64,000 nucleotides of DNA from Bigelowiella natans CCMP2755 (taxonomy: Eukaryota; Protista; Cercozoa): positions 1 to 64,000 of the forward strand of contig ADNK01002450.1 of NCBI GenBank assembly GCA_000320545.1, given 5' to 3'. Below the pieces are notes generated by a model. It ran no database searches and was not told the DNA's origin. It saw nothing but the letters and a program-made list of their open reading frames with translations. The position numbers and the translations under genes were made by a program. The first letter of the stretch is position 1. Every line of letters starts with the position of its first letter. Below are positions 1-12,256 of the stretch, piece by piece.

Positions 1-402
1 TTGTAAAAAGAGGAAAATGAAGGGGGGGGGGCAAGGTTGGGGGAGGGCGGGGGTTTCAATCGCAAAGACCATAGTTTTTAAAAACCTGATTTAGGCGTTG
101 GTAAAATGCGGAATTCGAGGAGGTAATCAATAGACCTTTGAGAGATTGGTTTTCTTTCTACCGACTTCTTTCTCCCCATCCCTTTCTGTTCTCGTGACGA
201 ATACAGAAAAATGTTACGGTTTTTGTGGTGGGGTGGGGGGGGGGGGGCGCTTATTGAAGTTCCAACAGAGAGAGTCATATTTCGGCCGAAGTTCATCACA
301 TTTCTGCCGCATCATCGGCCATGTCGCCGCACAGTCGTGTTGTTCAGTGTTGTTGTATTTACACGTAACTCCTTCCCTCTTTCCCCTTGGTGCTGTTGGC
401 AG

Positions 403-1526
403 GTCGTAGACTCAAATCGGGGATATCTGTATGCCTTGTGCTACAATACCACCATTATGGTGTGGAAGATGGTAATATGACGATGGTGGATTGCGAAATG
501 ATGATGATAGCACAAACACACCGTCACGCTAGGTTGTGATATATGTGCGGCGAGCTCGTGCGCGCGGCTATAGATGTCTGTTTTGTACACAAACGGCGAC
601 TGTAAGAGCATTGCATCTTCACTGAAAAATGTGCGGGAAAAGGGATGGAATGCGCGTGTGTTTCTACGCACGCGCATTCGTGTGTGCGTGCGTGTGTGTG
701 TGTGTGTGTGTGTGTACGCTTGATTCTGTTCTCATTTTTCATATGTGATCACGGCGTCTCGCCAAAACAACGAATTAGCAAAAGGACGGGTACCTCAGCC
801 TGATAGCTACGAAGACCGACGTGGTCAACAACGCGATTTCAGTGCTTAACGAGGATGAGGACATATCGAGGTCCAACGAGGACGACTGGACTGCAGAGGA
901 TTTTAGCATCGTTTCCATCCACGTAATTGATAGCTTGGCTAGTGATAATTTTGTTATCACCGTCGTTTTCATTAGGCATGTAATCATTACATCGCATTTA
1001 ACACGATAATGATAAAGGCGCTAACCCCCCCCCTCTCCCTCCCCCCCCACGCAACTATTCTCCAGTATAACCCTAACAATACTAGACAATAAGTCAAGAT
1101 TGCTGCGATAACTCGATCATGGGACTGCCCCGAACCACACTACACTAAATTTTGTCCCCCCCCCCCCCCCCCCCCACCAAACTCTATCCCCCCTCACCTC
1201 ACCTCACCTCACCTCACCTCACCTCACCCGCATTTATAGGTGGTTCCCCGATCCGAGTCGGAGAACGCCGTTCTAGTAGCCATCACCAACCACGGCCATA
1301 GGATCTTCTTCCACATCGAATCTTACGTGGAGTCGGTGAGCCTGTGGAGGAGCTGCCTTCAGGTCCTCCACGTCTACCAGTGCCCATCCGAGGTGTCGCA
1401 GCAGCGGGGAAGGGCGCAGATAAGCGCGCGGTATGTCAAAGACAGGTCGCCTGAGTCGGTGAGGAAAGCCTACTACTTGGGAGGAGTCACGATGCTAGCA
1501 GATTCAGTCAATCATGCACAGGTAAC

Positions 1527-1568
<42 letters not shown>

Positions 1569-3023
1569 TTGCTAATTTATTCATTTATTTATTTGTTACG
1601 GGGCTTCTGTCGCTACTCCGCCATATCACACACTTTGCATCCCCCGTCGGCCCCCCCCCCTTCTTTTGGGGGTAAATTAATAATTAATAATCCCGCCCTT
1701 GCTTCGATCGACAGACGTTTCGGATAAACCACCCTGCGAGCACCAGTAACAGCCTCATCTTCATCCACGAGGAGACGTGGAGGGCGCAGTACAACCACGC
1801 CCCGCAAGAGGCCGTCGAGTGCGACAACGAGGTCGGCGGGCACATCCTCGCCTTCGCCGAGATCCCGCCCATCGGCCAGATGGCCGGGTCCTCGTCGCAG
1901 TACTACTTCCACAGCAAGGAGAAGCTGCCTCTGAAGGGCCTCCGGCCGCTCGCCTACCAGCACGTGTTTCCGTCGCGCCACTTCATCGTGCTCACGAACA
2001 AGGAGATCGCGGTGTACAAGAAGAACCGCCCCTTGGACCTGCTCTGGAAGACGATGGCGGGGACCCACAGCGTCTCCAACGCGCTCTTCAACGATATGTC
2101 CTTCGTGGAGCTCAGGGCGATGTATCTCGCGCTGATCTGCGACCCGTCCTCCTACGGCGGCAAGCCCGCCATCAAGCATAGAGCCAAGAGCAGGTTCCTG
2201 GACCTGCCGGTGCGACTCGAGGGTAACGGCAGCTTTCTCCACCAGCGGTCCACCATCCACGATGCCATGTACCGCTATGCCTCGAGGGCCCTGCGCCCGG
2301 TGTGGATTTGGACGGTGTGCTCGGAGAAGCGAGGCGTATCGATGTTCCGCTACCTGACGGTTGACTGGGAGCGGATCGTGCCCCCCGTGAGGGCGCTGCG
2401 GAAGTTCATCGCCGAGTCGTCCTCCTCCTCGAGCGGGAGGGGGGGGGTGGGGCTTGGGAAAGACCTCTTCAGCGCCATCAGCATCCTGCCCGACCGCCCC
2501 CCGGTCAAGAACGATCAGAGGGTGGCGGAGAGGAAGAAGAGGGAGCTCAAGTCGATACGAGCGCTGCTCTACCTGCTCGACGTGTGCTTGGAGGCCTTCA
2601 CCATCCTGCAGCTGTGTACGGAGGGCATTAACATCGAGGCCCTGCGAGAGCAGCTAGACGCGCAGGCCAAGACGCACCTTCGCACCCTGAAATTCTCTCT
2701 GATTGTCACTACGACTCACGGGTTGCAGCTGCTCAAATCGCTGATCGACGCCGTCATGTACCTGAGGTAGTAGTATTTAGTTGTAGTAGTAGTAGTAGTA
2801 GTAGTAGTAGCACAGATAGCAGTGTAACAGCATGGAGATATCGATAGACCTTTTGCCAATATAATTCTTAGTTTTTTTGCTATGAGAGAAACCGCTAGCT
2901 TTTCCAATTTTTCCTTTCTAAGTACTAGCGCCAGCTCACTGACACATCACTGCTGCTGCTTTTTGGAGAGGCAGCAACCATACTAGATAGAGAACGAACG
3001 TATGATCAAAATGCACGCACACA

Positions 3024-3066
<43 letters not shown>

Positions 3067-4807
3067 TTCATATCTTGCACGGCAATAACCGACGTTCGCT
3101 ATCCTCTCCCCCTCCTCCTCCCTTCTTACCAGACGGGAAGATAGCGTGGGAGAATTATTCCACAAAAAATGCAGCATTCTCTTCGGCAAGGGCGACTTCG
3201 AGTACTTCAAGGGCCTCAAGAGCCTCCACGAGGCGAGAAAGGAGGAGAATTTCCACGATAAAACCCGCAGAAACCGTCACTTGGAAAAGGCGCTGAGATA
3301 CTTTAAGGGGGCCGCACATGGATCGGACTTTAAGATTCGTAAGGTGGGTTCTATGCTATGCATGAAACAGCGTAACGTAACGACACGCGGAGTGTGTTTC
3401 CTGCCGGAGCCCTTGTTTGTGAGGAAGGCGGCCTTGTTTTTATTCAAAGACTTCAAACCCTGCTACTACTACTACCACCACCACCACTACTACTTCTACA
3501 ACTTACTATTACTCCTCAATACTACGAGCGCTACCACCATATATAACTGACACGAAATTCTATCAACTCTCGCCATTCTCCCCATCGTCTCTTTCCTCCT
3601 CCTCCTCCTCCTCCTCCTCCTCCTCCTCCTCCCCCTTCCTTGCTGTGGAAACAGGTTTGCGAGAATCTGCAGAAGCTCAAGTACTACCGCGGCGTGGTGG
3701 TGCTGGCGCTAACCCGAGCGACGCTCGTACAGAACGACAGCGTGCAGGCCCCCGCCTCCAGCTTCGGCGAGGCCTACGAGCGCTCGATTGATGCGGATAT
3801 AGGCTTCGATGGCAGAGCCCACGGCGAAAACAGCAGCAGCGCGAGTGCCTCGTGGAAGGCCAAGGAGATCCACACCTGCCACCGGTGCATTCTCGACATG
3901 TTCCGGTTCCTGCTCATCACCAAGCAGGATGCGGCCCCGCCGCAGGTGGACCAGGAGGACCAGCTCCGCCTCGGCGACTCGGGGGAGCTCAAAGAGCTCC
4001 GCGACAGCGCCGTGCAAGAGGCGCTCAACGCCAGCGAGGACGACCACGGAGACTTCCTCAGGAAGCTATTCGAGTGGTTCGTGGACAACGACAGGGCCAA
4101 GCACCTCACCCGGCTCAAGTCGCCGCTGCTCATCAGCTTCCTCGAGAGCAAGATGCAGATTATACCCTCCTCCTCCGCGGACGATACCAAGCACAACCTC
4201 GGGGGGGCCTACATGATGAAGAAGTACGCCGGGGTGCTGCACAAGTGCTACTACGAGAGCAGCGAATGGCAGAAGGCCGTCGATCTCCTCTTCCAGATCG
4301 GCCGCAGCGACCAGAAGGCCTGGAGCCTGTCGGAGAAGATCAGCCTCCTTAGAAAGTGCCGCGACTACGCCAACAGGATTCGCCGCGACTCGAGGTTCGG
4401 GTTGGACGAGGACTGGCTAGCCGCGCTAAATGACAACATCATTTATGCCGATATCCAGCAAAAGCTACTCCTCGATCTCAAGACGCTGCTCGACGACCTC
4501 GAGAGAAGAGCGGGAGCTCAACATCCCAATGGAGGGGGGGGGGGGGGGGGCGAACGGAGGAGGACTTGAAGCTGGAAACGGCACAAGCGCTTGTGGCCCA
4601 GTGTGAGAAAGGCCTGATCGAAAACCCGTTGACTCTGATTAATATAGCAAGAGAAGCGAAGTTCTTTGAGCACTGCCTCCATGTCGCCAAGGTGCAGCAG
4701 CTTCGCGACCAGACGTACATAAAGACGTGGTGGAAAAACCTAATCATCATACGCTTTAAGCGCGCGAAAAGGCAGAACAAAAGCTGGCGAGACGAGGTGT
4801 GATTAAC

Positions 4808-4844
<37 letters not shown>

Positions 4845-5472
4845 AATATAAATTTTATATATCATATTTTTCTACCAAAAGTCTTTTTTCCTTTTCTCCA
4901 ATTCCTTAGAAGACATGATGCTTATTGCTTCTTTCTCTTGCCACAATTCGGCATAACACGACACACAGTACTCCCCCAACCTGGTTGGAGGGAAGCTGTC
5001 CGTGCGAGACTTTTCGTTCGTCTCGTTGCGTTACTTCTGACCCCACTCTCGTCCACGTTAGTTTCTCACCGAAATGCCGTCGGAATTCTCGGACGATCCT
5101 GTCATGTTCCCTGCGGCCTTTATAGCAGAGCTGCTGGAGAAGCTGAACCAGAAGTACACGTTGCATAACAAGAAGGAGACGTTTGCGCTGCAGTTTTTCC
5201 GCAAAGTGAAAGTGCCGCTCCGCGCTCAGATCGGTGCGTACGAACAGCTGTTAAATAAAGCGGATAAGACGTTGACGAAGACACTCGTCGAGAGCGTCAT
5301 TCGCCTCGTGGAAGATGCATCTAAGAATGAGAATGAATTCTTCAACAACGCCGCGGGATTATATAACCTCGTCCAACGGGCTTCCAGTAGGGCGGACTCT
5401 AGCTATAATGTTCCTGTGGATAGCAGACGTAAGCTCAAGGATCTTCAAGTAAAGATCAACGGAGCTTTCTAG
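403..5472 (+). CDS. NUP155: Nuclear pore scaffold protein Nup155/Nup170 family, multi-exon, 5' end probably upstream of the window
   Basis: Spliced exons give VVDSNRGYLYALCYNTTIMVW (403-471), FSIVSIH|VVPRSESENAVLVAITNHGHRIFF and QHVFPSRHFIVLTNKEIAVYKKNRPLDLL, matching Nup155 propeller/solenoid motifs. Helical exons follow (3655-4797, ~5062-5472) and end at TAG 5470-5472. GT-AG introns. One apparent frameshift in the G-run at 4534-4550. Confidence 0.85.
1192..1226. repeat. (CCTCA)7 pentanucleotide microsatellite in a Nup155 intron
   Basis: Read directly from the sequence, just upstream of the acceptor AG before exon 1240. Confidence 0.9.
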
Positions 5473-6230
5473 ATCTGTATGCCGAAAACAGTGAATGGCG
5501 GAATTTTTGCGTCGAATCATTTGCTATGTCACCCGCGCTCTTGTTTTGTAGAACATAACGAGTCATCGTGCTGTGATAATGTTACTAGCGACGCATGCAT
5601 GGATGGTACCTCGACATGGCCTAGACAGAGCTTGACAAAGCCATAGAAATGCTCTCTCTTGTACCAGTTGCATTCTTGAATTCGAATGTGCGTGTGCTTA
5701 CATGTGTGTGTGTGTGTGTGTCAATTTGCATCAAGAATGTTCGTCTCTCGGTGTCTAGCTAGCTAGGTGTGTGCATGCAATGCACACACCTAGCACTTAG
5801 ACCTTTCTAGCTTTGTTGCTCAGAGTTGCCGCGCAGTGTACATGTGCGCCACTAGCTAGCGCTTGTGTGATGATAGCGCATCGATGCAAGTAACAAGGAC
5901 ACACATTTTGACCTCCAACGTGCGGACATCTATGCATATAACACACACATACATCCCCCTCTAAGTGCAAATTCTTCTCCACACATGGATGCCACGAAAT
6001 AACAGAGGCGGCTAGAACAAACACTACATGCACATGTGCACATGCATGCACACATTGCTTTTGCATTTTTCACACGGCCTTGTGACCGCTATGCTAGCTT
6101 TTTCTCCTCGCGCACATGCGCAACGCGAAAACCCATGTTGCGCACAGCAAAACAAAGCATTCAAGCAATGAAAAAAAACGCACAGAAGCAACATCAAAGG
6201 AAGGAAACGCATGTTCAATGTGCGACTTCG

Positions 6231-6269
6231 ACTCCAACCTTCAACTCCAACCTTCAACTCCAACCTTCA
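6231..6269. repeat. 13-bp tandem repeat x3 (ACTCCAACCTTCA)
   Basis: Three perfect copies at 6231, 6244 and 6257. Confidence 0.9.
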
Positions 6270-6305
6270 ACATGAAGACACCATAACTAATATGACACAC
6301 ACAGA

Positions 6306-6346
<41 letters not shown>

Positions 6347-6490
6347 TCTGTAACCCTTCTAATCAACCTGCTACGCGCAACGACGCCTAAAACCTATGCA
6401 TATTCGGATAGACGCAGCCCTTTAGTGCATGTAGTTCAATAGGGAGGAAACCATTTTTAGGAGAATGGAATGAATGAATGAAATGAACCT

Positions 6491-6619
6491 CCGGAGGGCA
6501 GATACGATATTTCACGAGGAAGTTACGGACGTTCTTTTGAAGAATTATTGGGATGCCTGATGTTGATGAAAAAGAGCTTTTGGTTGGCAAGTTGCGACAG
6601 ATATACGGTGAATAATATG

Positions 6620-6669
<50 letters not shown>

Positions 6670-6769
6670 TATTATGTCAGCACGCCACCTCGTTCCTGAA
6701 GCCTAATTGGAGACTTTTCGAAAATGTAAACATCGTGGCCCTGACGACACCGCCGATTTGGTACAAATG

Positions 6770-6850
<81 letters not shown>

Positions 6851-6935
6851 CTGTAGAGTCTACCTGCCTCAGCAACATGAGCGCAGCCATCATCCCAGAG
6901 ATGGAATCCCCGACAACCCCAACGCCTTCGTACAT
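6491..6935 (-). pseudogene. Truncated FAD-dependent monooxygenase N-terminus (Rossmann fold), probably a pseudogene
   Basis: Three spliced pieces: MYEGVGVVGDSISGMMAALMLLRQ|GHDVYIFEKSPIRLQER|GIPIILQKNVRNFLVKYRICPPE. These resemble the VVGGSISGLxAAxxLxxxGxDVxVFExS start of flavin aromatic hydroxylases, but the glycine motif reads GDSISG. No further exons are recognisable downstream. Confidence 0.6.
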
Positions 6936-8171
6936 GGTGCAAGATGCAGGTTGCCATTCATGCAACTCAATGCATGTCCAATGCATGCATGAGCATGATG
7001 ACCAAGTGCTTGCGCAATCGTAGATGCATCCCGGGCTTTGGCGGGCGATTGTGGTCCGTCTGCCCTCTGAAGGGCATTGAAAGGACAACCTCAGCAATCA
7101 ACAACCAAACATCTTCCACTTTCATTTGAAGCCCAAAGCTAGGAATTGCACACTTGTCAATTGGTCACGTTTGCACAAACAGAGAACGTGTCACACACAA
7201 CAAAGATGCCAAAGAGCCACATTGAACGTGAAACAGTGCATCACAGAACTTGCGCAATGCACACGCAGGATCGTGCATGACCTGATCAAGTGCACGTGTT
7301 CAGCTGGTGGTTCAATGACTCGATGGGACACCAAAATTGGTGCACGCAGCTTGGACGTTGCAAAGATTGTTGATTGAACACGCACAATTGAGAACTCAAG
7401 TTCACGCATTCAGCCAATGCAAATGAAAATGAATGGATTGATTTTGACAAAAATGCAACTGAAGACATTGCAAACAACTGGCGAAGAAGAAGGGGATGCT
7501 CATCATGGACACGTGACATGCACGTGCACACACGTGTGATGCATGTGTGTGCATCTCTCCAAACAAGCCACCGCACACGTAGCAGATTGACGAGCTGCGA
7601 CAATGAAGATGATGCGGCATGACTGCACAACGCCAGTTGTGCAAGTTAGCAAGCTAGCAAGAATCAATGCTGATCTCTGATGTCTTGCCAGCATGGCGCA
7701 GAGTTGTTCGTCAGTGTTTTTTTGGTGAAGTGTGCTAGTGCGGCTTGTTTGGTCAATGCAAGCTAGCAAGCTAGCTAGCTTACATGGCACTGCATGCAAA
7801 AAGAAGCGGCCGCTCCAATGCCGCACACCACTAGACCAGCACGCCAGCTCTAGAGCAAGCTAGGCGTGTGTGATGTGCATGCCAGCACAAGCCACGATTC
7901 ACAAACCAAGCTAGCAAGCCGCTCTAGAGCTCACTAGCTCAGGCGCTCAGTCCTCAAAATTGAATTCGACAGTTCTGAGAGTTGTGAAATGGTGTTCCAG
8001 TGTCAAACTCGTTTTCCATGCTATTAATTACATAAAATATGTACGAAGCTTTGCAGAGAAACGACAATAATTATCCAGAGGCTAAAAGCACAGAACAAAC
8101 CCAAGACCTATTGTGTGTTAATGCACATTCTTAGCAGTACTGGTATGCGCGCGGTTCATTATAACCCGTCT

Positions 8172-9990
8172 TCAGGACAAATTTAAATCGTACGACAAGG
8201 AGACATTGCTAGTTATTAGCACCACCTCGCTTTGATCGTCTAAAAGACCTGCCGATCCAGACAGAAAGTTGAAGACAACTGTACTGGATGATCTCCGAGG
8301 ACTACTTCTGCCATACACCAAAGCGCATTGAGAAATTTCTTTGGGAATGAATTTGAACATCACGAACATGCCAGCGTTACGAGCGATGGGCTGCGGTATC
8401 GTATGCGTTTCACTTGCTAGGTCAGCAGGATCATGCAAGTTTGGAAAAAAGGAAAAACTTACAAAGCCAGTGTGCCAGTTTTCGAATCCTGCCAAAAACC
8501 GCACATATGTCTCATTGTTCATACGGTGTATGGCTCTGAGCAAATCTAATATGCTGAGAAGACACGACTATGAATTTCATTGTCGAAAGGTAATGAAACG
8601 TTGGTGATTCAGGCAGATTGCGAAACAACCAAAACATTATGAGCATTATCAATTTGAATGCATAAAATAATTTCAGTTCTTAATCCCACCTCTCTTCTAA
8701 CATCTCTGGGTTCCTTTCCGATGAAGCTTCTGCATAAAGGACAACTTGGATTTTTCTCGAGCCATTGTGCCACACAAGCTGAATGAAACCTATCCAATCG
8801 AATTTCATGAATTAGTGTATACTTTAGTGTCGCACATTGATGATTCTACTGTGTTAAGTTGATTTAATATTGAGCAATTACATGCCACCTGTGGTTGCAG
8901 GATAGAACTCTCGGGATCTTATCCTCATCTTGTATTGCGCCCGTTTCATTAGGGGAGAAAGTCTCAAGGCATATAGAGCAAGCTCTGTATAGTAAAAATG
9001 GGTGGAGGGTTCATGAAAGAATATAAACTATTTCTAGCTGAAGAAAAGTGTGTCATTCGTATCCTCTTTAAGTACCCAGTCCACGGCTAATACAGACATT
9101 ATCTCGTTTTACCAAGCAGACCTTGGAGAAGATCTTGCACTTATACAAGGAATTTGTCCGGATGACTCAGATAGAGAGGCTGCATCGTTGGCACAATCAC
9201 TCTCCGGAAGAGATGTGCGTGCTAAGAAAGGTAAATATTCGAAATGGAATATTAATCAGCGTTTGGTGCACATAAACGCTAGGTTTCCAATGTCATTATG
9301 AATTATATTATACATCCAGCAGGGACTGAAGGCAGAACAAAATTTTCATTGATCCAGTCGCACTCCGAAGGCTCTTTTTCTTCTGATGAAGTCCCGTGGA
9401 AGCAATATTGGGAGCGCGACTTGCCTATTCTCGGAAGGCGGAGACGTAGAGTGCTCGTTGCCAGTGAAGAAGACGATAGTGAAGATGGACGCAAGCACGG
9501 AGGCGAGGAGGCAGGAAAGATAGCAAGAGCCTCAAGTGGGGAGACGTCGGGAAGGGACCTCATTATTGGATAGTCGGGTTCTGTACTTCGGGATGTAAAT
9601 GCAGGGGATTTTTATAGAGAAAAGCGTGAAATCGTGTTATTTCCCAGATATTCTTCGAAAGTACCCACTTCTTTTCTTTCACAAGCCGAAATAGAAAAAA
9701 GAGTATTGTGCCGAAATAGAAGACCGAGTATTGTTCCATGATTTATGGGTAACGACAAGGATTTGTGGAAATCGCCAAAGAAAACCCAATACATTCGGAC
9801 AAAGATTTTGTTTCCCGCTTGATGTCGACTACCAATTTGGTATGAGAGATCTCCAGCTGCACATTAACACGATTTTTTAAATTTTTAGAAAGAATTTCCC
9901 GTCGCGGCAAACTGTATCTCGCGGATGCTTCAGCGCGGGAAGGCCTGACAAAATCGAGGCAGCGGCGAGTTCTTTTCTCGTTTGGATGCC
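8172..9990 (-). CDS. RING-H2 zinc-finger protein (putative E3 ubiquitin ligase); 5' exons and start uncertain
   Basis: Exons ~8985-8891 and ~8790-8690 join to give CSICLETF...RVLSCNH|RFHSACVAQWLEKNPSCPLCR (C3H2C3 RING-H2 with conserved W and P). Probable terminal exon 8543-8172. Upstream Ser-rich exons lie at 9100-9990. Confidence 0.7.
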
Positions 9991-10126
9991 AGAATTTGAC
10001 CTGAATCCATCCAAAATGACCTACATTTGGAGATTTGGTTCGGATAGAAAATCGAATTCTATCTGAATTTCTACCCGCCACAATCCCACAAGGTAACACC
10101 TTCTCCTGGATCGAGCAACCGCAGTC

Positions 10127-10957
10127 ATGTCTGATATCAAGCTCCTCGTAAAGAAGTAAGTGTGGCGAGTTCGTCCTTCACCATAGTGTTTTAACCTCTT
10201 TTACATTGTCCTTAGGCTCAGCAAAGATGCCATCATCCCAAAGCGTGGTTCTGAAGAAGCAGCAGGCTACGACCTTTCGGCCGCCCACGACATTACAATT
10301 CCTGCGCGAGGCAAAGCTATCGTCAAAACGGACCTTGCTGTCAAGTTGCCTGAAGGATGCTACGGTCGAATTGCTCCCCGAAGTGGCCTATCATGGAAGC
10401 ATCACATGGATGTTGGAGGTATCATCTATCACCTGTCGGAAGGGCTTAGATATGTACCTTCTACTGCATTTTTTTTGTCCCAAGACTTTTCTTGCTATGC
10501 GATGTAGTGAAGTCATTGATCTACCGAAGTTCGTGCAATCGTATTTCCATATCTCAAAGCACCGTGGAACTAATTTGAATATATACTCATCCTCGCAGCC
10601 GGAGTGATTGATAGAGACTACCGTGGAAACGTCGGAGTCGTACTCTTCAATCATGCAGAAAAGGATTACGAAGGTTAGTTCTTGATAAGTTCTAAATTGT
10701 AGTAGCAGATTATTTTTCGTAGAACTTAGACTTACTTTTCTACATAATAAAATTCGACAGTAAAACATGGGGATCGCGTTGCTCAACTTGTTCTGGAGCG
10801 CATATTCACGCCAGAAGTCTTTGAAGTTGAAGAGCTTGACGCAACCAAACGCGGGGCTGGTGGGTTTGGATCTACCGGGATGGAAGCTAAGCGTCAGAAA
10901 GTAGAAAACACTGAGGCTGTGATCAAGATGGCGCAGGAGAAAGCAAACGAAAGCTGA
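10127..10957 (+). CDS. DUT: Trimeric dUTP pyrophosphatase, 4 exons (10127-10155, 10216-10418, 10599-10673, 10761-10957)
   Basis: All five dUTPase motifs are present after splicing: [39 protein letters not shown]. Canonical GT-AG introns preserve the frame. Confidence 0.97.
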
Positions 10958-11879
10958 TTACAGTACTCTAAATTTCTCCGAATCCGGTGGTTGTTTGAGC
11001 CGTCTAAGTTATAAAATCCCGAATTGTGATAATCTATGTTGACAATCCAAAGTAAATGAGAAACAATTTGTTGTAGTAGTAATCATCATCATTGAAAGCA
11101 TACTCGTGATGCATCTCATTTTCGTAGATGTTTTCATCGTTATACCTTGTTGCACATAACGGCACAGATCTGAGAAATGCTGCGCTGCAGCTCTGTACTC
11201 TTCGTTGATGTGTTGCATTGCTAGATTGATTGCTTTTATGTCTCTACTATGAGTGTACCTAGGTGCGCGTTTGTAGCACATACTAGCATATACTAGCATA
11301 TGTGCTTTGCAAAGCAATGATGACCTGAGCTAGCTAGCTAGACAGTATATAATACTAGATGCAAAGTACATACATGTGCACATGTGTGTACAAATGCATG
11401 CATGTGTGTGTGTGTGTCGTGTGCGTGTCGTGTGGTGTGCGCGTGTGTGTTTGCCTTGCTAACTTGTAACTTGGTTGGCACACGCACTAGCTCAAGCAAG
11501 CATGCATGCACATTGTGTACGCACATGCGCAGCTAGACAGGCCTAGCTAGCTAGCATGGAGGTAGTTAGGCGTAGCTAATGTGCAAATGTTCGTGTGTGC
11601 ATGACCATGCGTGTCCAGCTAGCCAGGTGTGCATGTGCAGACCGCTAGACCGCTGGACAAGTCGCACGCGGCCGCGGAAATCACTCAATGTGACATCTGC
11701 TTTCTGGATCGCACTTCAGACTTCTAGACTTGTTGGGGACGAAGCCTGTTGCATTGCCATTGGCGTGAACGGTCGAGCGATCACACCAGCGCATGTCTGC
11801 TAGTCTAGCTAGCTAGACCTAGAAATGGTGTTGTGTGTCTTGTGCAAATCGAGCGCTAGTGGGGTGGGATTGAACACCT

Positions 11880-12205
11880 TGTTGCGCGTAAGGTGTTCAC
11901 AGGCCGAGGCGCTACGTGCACAAGTAGGCAGGGGGGGGGAAAGGCACGTTTGCTTCCTTTTGAAGAGTTGTGTTTATTTTTATTAAAGATTATATTTTTA
12001 TTAAATCGTGCACTGCGTAATCATTCGCGAAGCTTTCGCGAATGCCGCCGCACGTGGGGCAGCACACTTCCGGTGTGCTGCCATGAGTCCCGCCGGAACC
12101 CACGTGCCTATGCTGTATTAATATCTACGTTATCTATATTCTATATCCGCGACAACCCCTTTGTTGTCGCACGTGACTTGTGCCCGCGTAGTGGTACGCG
12201 CTACA
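11880..12205 (-). repeat. 3' LTR (326 bp)
   Basis: TGTTGCGCGTA...TACGCGCTACA, with terminal inverted repeat matching 10/11. Identical by eye to 17270-17595. Confidence 0.97.
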
Positions 12206-12213
12206 CCTCCCCC
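12206..12213 (-). promoter_or_regulatory. Polypurine tract (GGGGGAGG on the minus strand)
   Basis: Abuts the 3' LTR on the element sense strand, with more purine-rich sequence just upstream (12225-12250). Confidence 0.8.
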
Positions 12214-12256
12214 AAGTCACGTTGCTCCTTCCTTCCTTCCTTATTCCCTTAGACCT

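Noticed and set aside
1613-4352. Long overlapping or antisense ORFs over Nup155 (also over 56819-60840)
   Set aside because: Expected shadow ORFs of GC3-rich coding exons, with no independent motifs.
10127-10957. dUTPase as cargo of the neighbouring retroelement (as in some retroviruses)
   Set aside because: It lies ~0.9 kb outside the LTR and TSD, on the opposite strand, and has three spliceosomal introns, so it is a host gene.
11893-12252. 119-aa ORF duplicated at 11893 and 17253
   Set aside because: It is an antisense reading of the identical LTRs, starts at a non-ATG codon and has no recognisable motif.
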